DNA of 64,000 nucleotides from Nemertoderma westbladi (lineage: Eukaryota > Animalia > Xenacoelomorpha). Both the position numbers and the translations under genes were made by a program. The stretch is from NCBI GenBank assembly GCA_032718475.1, contig JAUCBJ010007628.1:1-64000 (forward strand), given 5' to 3'. Shown in pieces: positions 14,812 to 28,383 of the stretch. Within the stretch, counting starts at the first letter, position 1; every line of letters begins with the position of its first letter. Below the pieces are notes generated by a model. It was given only the letters and a program-made list of their open reading frames with translations, ran no database searches and was not told the origin of the DNA.

Positions 14812-15797
14812 TTGATTGGCTATACAATACTGGCAGTAAATTAATACTATTATTAGCCAGCTTGATTGGCTATACAATACTGTCAGTAAATTAATACTAT
14901 TAATTGCCAGCTTGATTGGCTATACAAAACTAGCAGTAAATTAATGCTATTATTAGCCAGCTTGATTGGCTATACAATACTGGCAGTAAATTAATACTAT
15001 TATTAGCCGGCTTAATTGGCTATACAATACTGGCAGTAAATTAATACTATTATTTAAATAAATACTATTATTATCCAGCTTGATTGGCTATACAAGACTG
15101 GCAGTAAATTAATACTATTATTAGCCAACTTGATTGGCTATACAATACTGGCAGTAAATTAATACTATTATTAGCCAGCTTGATTGGCTATACAATACTG
15201 GCAGTAAATTAATACTATTATTTGCCAGCTTGATTGGCCATACAATACTGGCAGTAAATTAAGACTATTATTACCCAGCTTGATTGGCTATACAATACTG
15301 GCAGTAAATTAATACTATTATTTGCCAGCTTGATTGGCCATACAATACTGGTAGTAAATTAAGACTATTATTACCCAGCTTGATTGGCTATACTATACTG
15401 GCAGTCAATTAATACTATTATTTGCCAGCTTGATTGGCCATACAATACTGGCAGTAAATTAATACTATTATTAGCCAGCTTGATTGGCTATACAATACTG
15501 GCAGTAAATTAATACTATTATTTGCCAGCTTGATTGGCCATACAATACTGGCAGTAAATTAATACTATATTAGCCAGCTTGATTGGCTATACAATACTGG
15601 CAGTAAATTAATACTATTATTTGCCAGCTTGATTGGCCATACAATACTGGCAGTAAATTAATACTATTATTAGCCGGCTTAATTGGCTATACAATACTGG
15701 CAGTAAATTAATACTATTATTTAAATAAATACTATTATTTGCCAGCTTGATTGGCCATACAATACTGGCAGTAAATTAATACTATTATTTGCCAGCT
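14812..15797. repeat. 50-bp minisatellite, about 19-20 copies
   Basis: Unit GCCAGCTTGATTGGCTATACAATACTGGCAGTAAATTAATACTATTATTA, period 50 (14821 vs 14871). A longer variant unit recurs near 15055 and 15720. Confidence 0.95.
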
Positions 15798-16564
15798 GAT
15801 ACATAGTGATACAATTTCACATGAACAAAGGGGGGGGGGGGGGGGGGGGTGTAATTACAACTACAGGACAGGGAGAGAGGGACGGAAATGATGGAATTTA
15901 CACAAGTCAATTCATTCATTAGTTTCACTAAAATCACTATCAGTGTCACAATTTGAGGCATAAATTTTAGAAAATTAGTTTTTCTGAATCAGCAAAGGTC
16001 TTAAATTTTTTAAAATATAATTAATTTATATTAATTATTATTTAATATATATTAACTAATTTCAAGAGAATAATATGGCACAATTCAAAATTCTAACCGA
16101 TAAAGTTTGATCAAACACGAAAACAAATCAAACAAAAGAAAATTTCGAAAATTGGTTAAGAAATTATTGCCGAGTAGTAGTATTTTAAATGTGAAAAATA
16201 CAATTTCGAGATTAACAAATTTAAAGTCTATGAACAATATATTTCAAATGTTCCCGCTATTTTCATATACTGTTATCTTTTTCTTTTCCTATTGGTTATC
16301 CCACACTTTTTTTGTGAGTTGTTAATGGATTTCATTGGTTCAAATAAACCCCTACCCACTTTTAAAAACCTGTTAAAATTTTAGAGTGCTGGTCCAAAAA
16401 CCTTGTGTAAACTGTAAAGACTGTATCACTGTAAATAATTTTATCTTGGCGTTTAGATTTGATGGCATCCCATTTCGTCATTTCTTAATAAATGGTCATG
16501 GAATTATGACACTTACGCAAACTTTCGAAATCACATAACATTTATACATATTTTTCTAATAAGC

Positions 16565-16795
16565 CTTTACACAGCACATCAAGCTTTGCGCAGCACATGA
16601 AACCTTCACGCAGTACGTGAAACCTTCGAACAGCACGTGAAGGCTTCGCGTAACACTTAACGACTTTGCACAGCACGTTAATTAATCGGGCAGCTCTGAA
16701 AGCCTTTTGATCAGGATCTTCACGCGGAACATGAAATGTTCATGCAACATATGAAGACTTCGCGCAGCACGTGAATTATTTTTGCAGCATGTGGA
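16565..16795. repeat. Degenerate ~20-bp minisatellite
   Basis: Recurring CAGCAC(A/G)TGAA(A/G)(C)CTTCGCG-like units. Confidence 0.6.
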
Positions 16796-17482
16796 ACTTA
16801 AAAAATATAAGTTTATAGTTGTTCCCCACAATTATTATTACCAGCTATTGTTATATGATGATTGTTCTATTGTTCACATTTAAAAACGAAAAACAAATTA
16901 TTCTCAATTTATCTTCACAAAAATAAACGTTTAAAATATTTATTCAATGGTAGATTCGTATTTATCTCGAAACCAACAAAATTCGAAGTTGTTGCGGTTG
17001 AAATCCCCCCCCCCCCCCCCCCCCCTCTCCCACCATTACTTAATCCTGTCAATAATTACAGTATGCATGCATCGCATGATTATACAATATTTTGATTATT
17101 ATATTGTTGTACATACATTCGGCTACTTATAATCCCGACCTCGAATGATGAATAGAAACCGTAGACCAAGTATTAACACAACAGTACCAGAGCGGGACTG
17201 CAGCACTACCGCAACGGGATCGCAGCAGTACCGCAATGGCACCACAGCAGTACCGCAACGATAATGTTGGGTGTGAACAGACTCCGCTTACTCACCGCTG
17301 GCTTATCGCTTCAGTACCGCTAGACTAACCATTGTGAGCAAACTACCTGTTAACGGGTAGTTTACCGCTCACCCACCATTGGATGTGAATGGGTCTTAAT
17401 TATATATTGAGTTGCATACTACAGTTAACTACTTTACAGTTGGATAATGTACAGTACAGTGTACAATGAACATTTTTTACAG

Positions 17483-17664
17483 ATACTATTGACCTCCCTG
17501 AATTGGTGCTAGATGCGGATCCAATTGATGTGGAAGTGAACAGTCATTTAGTTCTAGAATGCGCATTTGAATTTGAACCTGCAACAAGCGACTATCCTAT
17601 CATATTCAAATGGTATCAAAATAATATTGAAATTATTGTTACCCATGAAAATCGCTACAACAAG
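17483..17664 (+). CDS. Host gene exon C (182 nt, phase 1-0): N-half of Ig domain 1
   Basis: Acceptor tttttacag|AT, donor AAG|gtttgt. LVLECAFEF...FKWYQNN supplies the Ig B-strand Cys and C-strand Trp. Confidence 0.9.
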
Positions 17665-19709
17665 GTTTGTCATTTATATTTATACTTTAAACTATCAGAA
17701 AACCAACGTTGTAATTAATATACACATACATGTTAACATTTTATTTTACATCGTTAGATAGAGTTAGGCTCGCTCAGTTTGTAGAGGTCCAGGCTAGGAA
17801 ATGACCAGGGCCCTCAGCCCTGTTTTTGCCGGGTTTACTTAAAACAAAAAATATAATTTTTGCATTTTCTACCCATTCCCATTTCCAACCGATAGGAATT
17901 AAAAAAAGGGTCAAAAGTCATGTGTTTGTTGTTAGGTCCTGCTTCTCTAGGTCATTAGGTCCCGTAAAGGATTATAAAATGAGTAAATCCGGTACCCTAT
18001 TTAGAGAGCTCCTGTATTTCTCATGAAACAGGGTTCCAGTCCACTTCTTGAACTGTATTCCAGCCGGAAACAAGCCAAGCCATTTCCAGAGATGAATTCC
18101 TAAAGATGGAATGAATTTTGGCCTATACTATAACTATAGACCCATGGCAATGTTTAGGGGCGATGGTGGCTAGCATTAAAGTCGCCCAGGAAAGATAAGA
18201 ATGCATGGTGATCCTCTCCACGAGGAGCTACTTGTAGATTCTGGTATACATCTTTTTCATTTCCCATGGAGGCAAAACTACTGGGTGAATAACATAGTCA
18301 GAACCACCTTAGGAAACTTATTAGCCTATCTTCCAGAGCATGAGAAATTGCAATCAAGTCGCCACCCTCCTCGTGAGGAGACCTTGGGTTAGGGCCAGAA
18401 AGGTCATTAAAACATGACTCACGGAATTATTGATTGATGCTCACCCTCAAGTAGAGGGTAAGACATGAAGGATAACTCAGGAGATAACTTATTGATTGAT
18501 GCCTGTGAGGCCAATTGTCCCAAAGGCAAATTAATTCCACTGGACCTCCACAATACTAAAGTAATCAATAGTGGGGGTTAAGGTGTGATGGGATCCTAGT
18601 TGGTGACGGATCCCGACTGGATTGACTGATGAAGTTAACTACGCATCTCCGCATTGGGGAATACTGATTCCCGAAGGCTCGGTAAAATAAGGGTTATCTA
18701 ATAATCTCATCTTAATGCTAGATGTTAATATATTATAGTTACCGGTAGAAAATGATTACAGCACAATTGGTAATGGTTATGGTTGACGGTGAAAACTTGT
18801 TCATCGTCTACAGTGAATAGACTGGTCAGAATACACTCATGACCGTTAATATATGTAAATTGGGAAATACATTGCCTATAGGCTAACACATTTGACCTCC
18901 AACTGATACACTCCAAATCGACATGTGTGTGCCTCCCATTGGTCAGCTAACCACGGCCTGTTTCTGCCTCCCTTAGGCCCTTTGTTAGGCTCTGTTTACT
19001 GAGGTGGATTATAAGTCCACAGCCCGCCAGCTGGCCCTGTTGCATCATCTCTTTGCCGGTATACCCCATAAGATACCTTAGTAGCCAATGTGATATATCG
19101 GCTCCCCCTCCCCCATTTTATGGTAGGGAATGTACAGCAGAATGGATCCACTAACACCCCCCCCCCATGCTATCTTCCTAGTAAGAAGATAGCATTAACC
19201 GTAAAGTGTGTTCCATTCTGGGGAATCCAATCTAGCAATCAATCCTATCCCACATCTTTGGATGTGGGATAGGATTATCTTCGGGAGTAGTCTCCCAATC
19301 TGGCCCAACTAGGTTTGATCTCATTACCCTTCCTCTTGGTGCTCCTGCGAGCTATAGTTCGCCAAGGCATGCGGTATCTCTATTTTAGACCATCGCATCT
19401 TCCTCATGCAATTTTAAATTGGCTACCATTGGATCAGATCTGCTGGGCGCCAATTTCTTCACTTCTCACACATCTCATTAACGGAAAAGTTCATGGTTCT
19501 ATTAACCCAGCATCTGTCATATAAAATAATGTAATCTATTTATTCTTCATGTGTACGTATTATAACTTGTTAGTTCAACCCGTAGTACACTCTATCTATG
19601 GTATCAAGTATGCATGTAATGTAATCTTCTAATCTAGAAAAGATTGATCCTATTGATTCAGCTTCCCATAGTACACACTCTATCTATGGGGTGGTTCATA
19701 TGTACCCTT

Positions 19710-19860
19710 CTAATCCAATGTATGTCCCATTGACCCAGCATTAGTAAATTTGTACTCATCTAATCCTATATATGGTCCCATTGACCCGGCATTAGTACGT
19801 ATGTACTCTACCAATCCTAAGTATGATCCCATTGATCCAGCATTAGTACATACGTACTCT
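19710..19860. repeat. ~50-bp tandem repeat, 3 copies
   Basis: AATCC...TATG.TCCCATTGA.CC.GCATTAGTA...GTACTC occurs three times. Confidence 0.7.
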
Positions 19861-20513
19861 TCAGGTGTACTTAATATATATGTTTTTTTTATTTATTTAT
19901 TTTGTGGGTAGGGTGTATAACCCTCATTCCCACCCCCATCAGACCAATTTAATGGACAATTCAACAATTTAGGGTGATTCTTCCAGCAGGCAACACTTTC
20001 CCACTGCCCTCCTATATGTCTTCCTGTGCTTCACCATAATCTTCCCACCAATCCTGAACTCTATGGATCTAACTTTCCCACCTTCGCCAGGGTAGCATTC
20101 AATAGTAGAATGCTCCCTGCTGTCATAGAATACTTCTTCCTGTTTCCTTCCTTTGTTTCATTGAATGCCTCCTCCTCTACTTCTTCCTTTTCTGAAGTCT
20201 CAGATTTATTTCGTCGAATGGCTCCTCCTCTACTTCTTCCTGGAGACTCGGCTTTGGTTCGTCGAATGCATCCTCCTCACTTGGTGGCAGAATGCACCCT
20301 TGGTTCTTTCATCATTAGTATATTTCACATCCACACCTGCTGGCCTCCCCCACAGTATGTGCCCCAGCGTCAAAGCTTTCAATACCCTGGGTCACCATTC
20401 TGTACACATAATGGTCTACCATTTGTCGCCTTCTCGCACTTTGTCAGTTCTGTGCTCAACACGTCTTCCTTAACTTCCTCCTTAGTGAAGTATAATAATG
20501 TGAATTTCCCGTT

Positions 20514-21760
20514 TTAGTTTCCCTCATCCTCAATCATTGTTTCCTCTCCCTTTGGAACAATCGTCTTAATTAGTGACCACTCAGACTTGTTGTTCAGGAA
20601 GTATGGTCCATGCTGCCACAACTCCTGCTTCCGTGTGAAAACGTGGTGTTCCACATCCATTGTGAGCAAGTCCGCCGGATTGTCATATGTTTGACAGTAG
20701 TGCCACTTATCCAAGTTACTCGTCTCTCTTATCTCGTTGCAATGGCCCTCTTAATGCCCGTGGAACTTACACCTTTTACACCTATGATGTAATTCCAGGC
20801 ATGAGCCCTTGGTATGGCTCATCTGGTATAAACAATTCTTTCTGGTGGGTATATTGCCCAAAACAGTCGCAGCCATTTATCCTGGTCTGCCCCCCGAACT
20901 CATCCATCTGGATACTCGTCCGCTTGGACCTGTGGCTCTTTGATAAGTGAACATCTCCACATTCTTATCGTGACCCAAATCAATTATGGCCCCCTCTCTT
21001 GGTAGCACTTACCACCCGCAGCGCCGTCCCTGGTTGTTTTCCCAGCTTGATCGCTGCTGCCAGGAAATCACTGATTGGTTCCCCGTTTTTCCAAGCCCAC
21101 CCGCAATACATCCTAGAATCATCTCACCCCGCTGGCCGTCACTACTCTTCCATCTACCCAGTCTGTATCCGCCCATCCTGTCCTCCCAAACAGCAGCACA
21201 TCCCTGAACTCATCCCTGAACTTATTGTCGCCAAATATAGTCTGTATCCTTTTGTGGGCTGTTGGGCAATCCATCCCGATTATCAGGGATACTTTTGGCA
21301 CGTCGATGTTGGGAGTTGAAAAGTCGATTGAGTCTAAATGCCAGCATGACCTACTATAGATATAGATTTATATTGATATAGATATAGATATAGATATCTA
21401 TAGTAGGTCACTATGCCAGTATCATTCGACCTCGATCTGCGTTGGTTGCCTGGCATTAATGTTGATGGACTCAGTAATTTGTATGGGCTCTATGTTTGCT
21501 TCGTAGTTTCAGCCAGGTGCTATGGCCTCTATCCGACATCTTCCTGTTCTCATAGGAATGATTTCGTCCTTGACAGATATGGTGGTGATCACCATCTTAC
21601 TCGACTTCGTCTTTAATTTTAGCCTCTCTGCTATCCAGCTTTCCATCAGCGTGAATGCTGCTCCACTGTCGATTAACATCAGTATTGTGACTGATCTCCC
21701 ATTTTTCCCAATCATCCTTACTGGCACCACTACTAGCAACACTGTCGCTCGCTCCTTAAA
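20514..21760 (-). mobile_element. Degenerate, internally deleted BEL/Pao LTR retrotransposon fragment
   Basis: Minus-strand VVPVR...LIDSGAAFTL (BEL aspartic protease), SLIIGMD, and WHYCQTYDNPADLLT...LWQHGPYFL (Pao RNase H C-terminal motif). Sequence 17730-20500 may be the rest of the element, but boundaries are not resolved. Confidence 0.75.
21345..21415. mobile_element. 71-bp hairpin mini-insertion (MITE-like) with CCAG target duplication
   Basis: TGACCTACTATAGATAT (21347-21363) and ATATCTATAGTAGGTCA (21394-21410) form a perfect 17-bp inverted repeat. CCAG flanks at 21341-21344 and 21416-21419. Confidence 0.55.
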
Positions 21761-22056
21761 GTTTTATCGTTGTACTTGCCATTGTTTGGACTCCACCTTC
21801 ATCCGCATACTTTGGAGCTTGTTCTTGATACCAATCCTTTCTATGCCCTCCCACCACACATCTGTGACATAGTCAAAACTTCCCCATATACGCATTTCTG
21901 TCCTGTTTTAACAATATTTGCCACTGTTTACAGTCAATCATCTTATGCATTCCGTTTCTGTGCAGCTGACACTCGTAATGCAGGAAGCTTGTATCGACGA
22001 GTATGTGCCAATTACCATGTAATAATAATGCAACATTATATATTATTCCTTTACAG

Positions 22057-22192
22057 ATGATTAACAAATGGAGTCATTCTTTGGAGATTACAAATGCGAA
22101 ATTATCTGATGAAGGGGTCTACCACTGTTCCCTAGTTGTATATGATGGACGCAAAACAGAAAGTAATAATGTTCAAATCAATATTTTAGGAA
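22057..22192 (+). CDS. Host gene exon D (136 nt, phase 0-1): C-half of Ig domain 1
   Basis: Acceptor cctttacag|ATG, donor GGAA|gtaagt. SLEITNAKLSDEGVYHC is the canonical Ig L.I..v..sD.G.Y.C motif. Confidence 0.92.
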
Positions 22193-22354
22193 GTAAGTAA
22201 GATAGTTATTCGAGCTAAACTAAATCTTTCTACACCGCAGTATGCCAAGAAATCCCTAAATTCCACTTCGTACCATAGGAAATATTATTGTAATGAGGTA
22301 AAAAATAAGTAGTTGTACTACTTCATAATATAAAATTTCCATATATTTTTACAG

Positions 22355-22536
22355 ATATTAGTGACCTCCCTGAATTGATGCTGCAGGCGAACCCAATTGA
22401 TGTGGAAGTGAACAGTCAGTTAGTTCTAGAATGCGCATTTGAATTTGAACCTGCATCAAGTGACTATCCTCTCATATTGAAATGGTATCAAAATAATATG
22501 GAAATTATTGTTAACCAAGACAATCAGTACAACAAG
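22355..22536 (+). CDS. Host gene exon E (182 nt, phase 1-0): N-half of Ig domain 2
   Basis: Close paralog of exon C with identical length and splice contexts; ISDLPELMLQANPIDVEVNSQLVLECAFEFEP...LKWYQNN. Confidence 0.92.
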
Positions 22537-22574
22537 GTTTGTTATTAATATTTGTACTTTAAAAAATCAGTGCA

Positions 22575-23630
22575 CCAATGGCGTATAGAGGTAAAATGCT
22601 TGAAATTCTAAGAGCTTATGGAATACCAGAAGTAATTGTTGCTGGCATTGGATTGTTATATTGTGACACAGAAGCGCAGGTACTCTCACCAGATGGTGAA
22701 ACTGTGTTTTTCTCAATCCTGGCTGGCGTACTGCAAGGTGACACATTAGCACCATTACTATTTGTAATTGTGCTGGATTACGCAATGATGACGGCCACAA
22801 AGGGTGAAGATCTGGGATTCACACTTCAGGAACGCAGAAGTAGTAGATATCTGGCAACTACAGTTACAGACACCGACTTTGCGGATGACATTGCCCTGCT
22901 CTCTAATACGCTAGCAGATGCACAGCTTCTACTAAATAAAGTGGAGAGGGCTGCTAAGGAGGTTGGATTGCATATAAATGCTACATAGACCGAATTCATG
23001 ACCTTTAATGTTGATGGAAACTTGACAACCATTTATAATAATCAACTAAGGAAGGTCGATGACTTCCAGTACCTTGGATCATGGATAGAGAGTAGCAAAA
23101 AGGACATAGAAGTTAGGAAAGCAAAGGCTTGGGTAGCTCTATCAAAAATGGATACCATCTGGAAATCAGATCTCTCCAGGCACCTGAAGACTAAGTTCTT
23201 TCGAGCCACAGTGGAAAGTGTATTTTTATATGGGGGTGAGACCTGGACACTGACTAAATCACTTGAACAACGAATTGATGGTTGCTACACAAGACTACTA
23301 AGGGCAGCCCTAAACATCAGCTGGAGACAACACATGACAAACGCCGAGCTTTATGGTACAATACCACCTGTATCAACCACCCTCCGTGAACGCAGATTAA
23401 GATTCAGTGGGCACTGCTGGCGAAGTAAAGACGAGGTCATACCAGATCTACTTCTCTGGCAACCAACTCATGGAAAGCGTAGTCGTGGATGACCTGCCAT
23501 AACATATATAGATCAACTTGAAAGGGATACTGAACTTGGGAGAAACGAAATTGCAACAACTATGGAGAATCGGGAAGCCTGGAAGGATCTCATTTACAGT
23601 GTCCGAGTTCGCTCGACCTAGTAGTAGTAG
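22575..23630 (+). mobile_element. 5'-truncated RTE-clade LINE (decayed)
   Basis: Motifs YGIP, GVLQGDTLAP, DFADD, FQYLGS, LYGGETW and RRLRFSGHCWR. In-frame stops at 22986-22988 and 23490-23492; (TAG)n tail ends at 23630. Confidence 0.88.
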
Positions 23631-24360
23631 GCCAGAAGAATACCTACAGTTTCGGCGTATGTATAGTAACGAAATACTAACAAAGAACTTGACGCAGGCG
23701 GAGTGCCTAAAATATCTGCAAGTATACACAGGAGGCCCAGCATACAACATCGTGAGGCAATACCAGGGCATAGAGGGCGGCTTCACGACGGCATGGCGGG
23801 CACTGGACAGGGAATACGGGCACCCGGCCAAGATCATCAGGCAAACCCTGAGAGGCATAACATCGGGTGGCCTACAGGATAATCCCGTTAGCATTAAGAC
23901 GTTCGCTAACAAAGTCGAAAAGGCGCTAATCATGCTAAAGACGCTAGACGCGCCATACGAGCTCAACGCATCCAACAACATCACCACGATAGCGCAGGCA
24001 CTACCGATCTGGCTGCGCAACAAGTGGAGGAAAATCGCTTTCTCCACTCGAGATAGGAAGGGTGTGGACCAGGTTTAGAAGAAATGTCGAGCTTCTTGAA
24101 CTACGAAGCCGAACTAATAACAGACCCAGTCTATAGTGAGGATAGTTTGGGGAAGGCGCCAAAGATCGAATACAACTGGCCTAAACCCGAACATAATCCG
24201 ACAGACCCATTCTCAAGAGTAAGACAGTCACTACCACATGTGGCCACACAGGGGACTACTAGTCCACAGTTAGCTGGTAGTAGGGCCACACCGTGGCAGG
24301 GACAGACAGAAAATAACACCACAAATAAACACAATCCCAACATACCCAGTAGGCCGAATA
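23631..24360 (+). mobile_element. BEL/Pao gag fragment
   Basis: ECLKYLQVYTGGPAYNIV...FTTAWRALDREYG...LPIWLRNKW...ITDPVYS resembles the BEL gag capsid-like region (DUF1759-type); interrupted by a stop at 24076-24078. Confidence 0.7.
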
Positions 24361-25015
24361 CGAAGTCAGCCGAAACGTTTTCGTTTCGGCATGAATGCTT
24401 AAAAGGGACCAGCCAGGGCGCATCTCTGCCTTGCATCCTTAAGTGGTAGCTAAATGAGTACTGGAGTTTCCTCTGGTGAGTAAAGTTCTGGGGGGACCGC
24501 ACTGGAAATAAGTCGTTAGACTTTGTGCGTAATACCTGGCCTAGTGGCCGAAGAAAATGTACTTTTTTTTTACTTTATGAATGTAATTAAATACAAATTA
24601 TTCTAGAAAAAAAGATTGCTTAGCCCTAGTAATGAAACTCTCGGTCCCTGATTATGGGAAATAAGTAATCTTAATTTAGAGACATTTTAAATGCAACTAA
24701 ATTTAAAATGTTTGAAATGACCATAATAAATTCAATATATAATTTCACCTCGATGTATGCATGGTTGTTTCTAAATTTTCTTTCATTTGGCTGTCCTTGT
24801 TCCAATTCGCAACATTTTCGATCCAGTTCAGTTGATTTCGGTCCAGATTCGTGTAGAGCGCCATTTCTTTGCTGCTACAGTATATAGCAGGCACTACTGT
24901 TGGGCTCTTACTGCAGAAATCACCACTTCTCTTGACGGTCTTTTACCACGAGATGCTGTGGTGGTTCCAATGCTTAAAATACAATATGCAATTATCATTA
25001 ACAAATGAGGCATTG

Positions 25016-26463
25016 TATCTCGGTAGTGACTGATAGCTGTACAATCTCGGTAGTGACTGATAGCTGTACAATATCAGTAGTGACTGATAGCTGTACAATC
25101 CCGGTAGTGACTATAGCTGTACAATACCAGCAATTACTGAGATAGCTGTACAATCTCGGTAGTGACTGATAGCTGTACAATATCAGCAATGACTGAGATA
25201 GCTGTACAATCTCGGTAGTGACTGATAGCTGTACAATATCAGTAGTGACTGATAGCTGTACAATCTCGGTAGTGACTGTTAGCTGTACAATCTCGGTAGT
25301 GACTGTTAACTGTACAATCTCGGTAGTGACTGTTAGCTGTACAATATCAGCAATGACTGAGATAGCTGTACAATCTCGGTAGTGACTGATAGCTGTACAA
25401 TATCAGTAGTGACTGATAGCTGTACAATATCAGTAGTGACTGATAGCTGTACAATATCAGTAGTGACTGGTAGCTGTACAATATCGGTAGTGACTGGTAG
25501 CTGTACAATATCAGTAGTGACTGATAGCTGTACAATATCAGTAGTGACTGATAGCTGTACAATCTCGGTAGTGACTGATAGCTGTACAATATCAGTAGTG
25601 ACTGATAGCTGTACAATCTCGGTAGTGACTGATAGCTGTACAATATCGGTAGTGACTGGTAGCTGTACAATATCGGTAGTGAGTGATAGCTGTACAATAT
25701 CGGTAGTGACTGGTAGCTGTACAATATCAGTAGTGACTGATAGCTGTACAATCTCGGTAGTGACTGATAGCTGTACAATCTCGGTAGTGACTGATAGCTG
25801 TACAATATCAGTAGTGACTGATAGCTGTACAATCTCGGTAGTGACTGATAGCTGTACAATATCGGTAGTGACTGGTAGCTGTACAATATCAGTAGTGACT
25901 GATAGCTGTACAATATCAGTAGTGACTGATAGCTGTACAATCTCGGTAGTGACTGGTAGCTGTACAATATCAGTAGTGACTGATAGCTGTACAATATCAG
26001 TAGTGACTGATAGCTGTACAATATCAGTAGTGACTGATAGCTGTACAATCTCGGTAGTGACTGATAGCTGTACAATCTCGGTAGTGACTGATAGCTGTAC
26101 AATATCAGTAGTGACTGATAGCTGTACAATCTCGGTAGTGACTGATAGCTGTACAATATCGGTAGTGACTGGTAGCTGTACAATATCAGTAGTGACTGAT
26201 AGCTGTACAATATCAGTAGTGACTGATAGCTGTACAATCTCGGTAGTGACTGGTAGCTGTACAATATCAGTAGTGACTGATAGCTGTACAATATCAGTAG
26301 TGACTGATAGCTGTACAATATCAGTAGTGACTGATAGCTGTACAATCTCGGTAGTGACTGATAGCTGTACAATATCAGTAGTGACTGATAGCTGTACAAT
26401 CTCGGTAGTGACTGATAGCTGTACAATATCGGTAGTGACTGATAGCTGTACAATATCAGTAGT
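25016..26463. repeat. 27-bp minisatellite, about 53 copies
   Basis: Unit GTAGTGACTGATAGCTGTACAAT(A/C)TC(A/G); produces repetitive ORFs TDSCTISVV (+) and LYSYQSL.. (-). Confidence 0.97.
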
Positions 26464-26698
26464 GATGGCACCATCACATACGGTTTGTTATCGGGTTGTG
26501 TATGTGTATGCAGGGCAACTCATTTGACTTTTCTTTGTTTCAATAAGTTAAATTTTTATATATCATGTAACCTAAGGATAACTAAAAAAATACCAAGTAA
26601 TGTACGGTATCAAAATTTTCTTAGAATAGGCCGTATGTCGATAGTAGTAGTAGTATTATAGTCCCTGCAACGCAAAGTTGTATTCATTTCCTTTACAG

Positions 26699-26834
26699 AT
26701 AATTAACATATTGGGTCATTCGTTAACGATTAAAAACGTAAAGTTGTCTGATGAAGGGGTATACCACTGCTCTCTATCTGTAAACGATGGACGCAAAACA
26801 GAAAGTAATAATGTTCAAATCAATATTTTAGGAA
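26699..26834 (+). CDS. Host gene exon F (136 nt, phase 0-1): C-half of Ig domain 2
   Basis: Acceptor cctttacag|ATA, donor GGAA|gtaagt. HSLTIKNVKLSDEGVYHCSLSVNDGRKTESNNVQINILG is a paralog of exon D. Confidence 0.92.
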
Positions 26835-27420
26835 GTAAGTTAATGAAATGACCGGGACTGCACTAAATAAATTTAGAGCAGAAATATTATACTGATAAGT
26901 GTGATAACCGAAAAAAAAAAAAAAAAATTAAATGACACTATCTTTACAATGTGCTTGCAAATGCAAATATTATGCTTTTTATTTCATCTACCATCATCAA
27001 ACCCCCAGTGACACTGTCTACAACATCCCTGAACACCTCAAAGCGCCTCACTTGATCAGCAGAAATCATATACCATGTTTTCACACGAGGAAGTACAGCA
27101 TGCACTAGTTATGGAAAGTCTTAATCGACGCATTAAGAACTACAGTAGGATTGATTTGCCACCAGTAGTGGACCCATTTAGAGCGAATTTAGTTCCAATG
27201 GAAGCGAACTTAGTTCCAATGTTTCAATCGTGGGGCTAAGCCTTTGCGTATTGCCACTATTTGGGGGTGGGTCAGGGTCCGGTCAGCAATAATTATAAAT
27301 GGTTGTAACACCCTGCTGCCATTTTGTAAAAACGAATTATTATCAATGAATTAAAAATGTAATTACATATTTTGAAATATTTTAATAACGGGTATATATA
27401 CTGAGACTGACTGACTGTAC

Positions 27421-27882
27421 GGTAGTCTACGGCACATTTACTATGACACATTCTAAATGTTCCGATAGACCACAGAACATTTACCACGGCACATTCTAAA
27501 TGTTGCGGTAGACCACGGCACATTTATCACGGCACATTCTAAATGTTTCGATAGACCACGGCTCATTTACCACGGCACATTCTAAATGTTCCGATAGACC
27601 ACAGCACATTTACCACGGCGCATTCTAAATGTTGCGGTAGACCACGGCACATTTATCACAGCACATTCTAAATGTTTCGATAGACCACGGCTCATTTACC
27701 ACGGCACATTCTAATTGTTACGGTAGACCACGTCACATTTACTATGGCACATTCTAAATGTTGCGGTAGACCACGGCACATTTACCACGGCACATTCTAA
27801 ATGTTTCGATAGACCACGGCCCATTTACCACGGCACATTCTAAATGTTGCGGTAGACCATGGTACATTTACTACGGCACATT
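27421..27882. repeat. 43-bp minisatellite, about 11 copies
   Basis: Unit GTAGACCACGGCACATTTACCACGGCACATTCTAAATGTTGCG, period 43 (27481, 27524, 27567). Confidence 0.93.
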
Positions 27883-28256
27883 AAGCTCCCATAGAGTTAA
27901 TGCTATTTTTCCTTTGTGGTAATGTGGCCGTTATGGGCTTCCCTAAATAGGAAACCTACCTACAAATAAGAAACCCGACGTCAATCCCCCCACCCACCTC
28001 TGTATTTGTACAACATTTTATAGCCCGATAGAAATAGGGTTAGCATAGGCTACATTCCTGTTTCGTGATAATGTAATAAGTTGATCAGATTCTTATTACA
28101 ATATCAATCATTTAAGTACCATAACAGCACAACTAGAATTCATTTATTTGATTCCTGTTTGGTGATAGTTTCTTCAATTACATATGTAAATTATAAAATA
28201 ATAAATGAGTTGCATTAGAGTGCATTATTTTGAGATTATGTAATAAATATTTATAG

Positions 28257-28383
28257 GTATTTGTGAGACGATAAGGCATCACCAACAATCTAGTCAGTTA
28301 CTGAATAATTTAGAATACTTCACCTCTGGACAACCTCTGTACAGAATATATGGATGTAATGGTCTTTATAATGGCGATGAACA
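28257..28383 (+). CDS. Host gene exon G (127 nt, phase 1-2): start of Cys module 1
   Basis: Acceptor atttatag|GT, donor CA|gttagt. Frame SICETIRHHQQSSQLLNNLEYFTSGQPLYRIYGCNGLYNGDEQ is open. Confidence 0.7.

Noticed and set aside
17731-20500. LTR and 3' region of the minus-strand BEL fragment
   Set aside because: Plausible, but no second LTR, TSD or clear purine tract was found, so no boundaries are claimed.
23518-24078. 186-aa ORF as a single gene
   Set aside because: A chance fusion of an off-frame RTE 3' end and (TAG)n tail with a BEL gag fragment.
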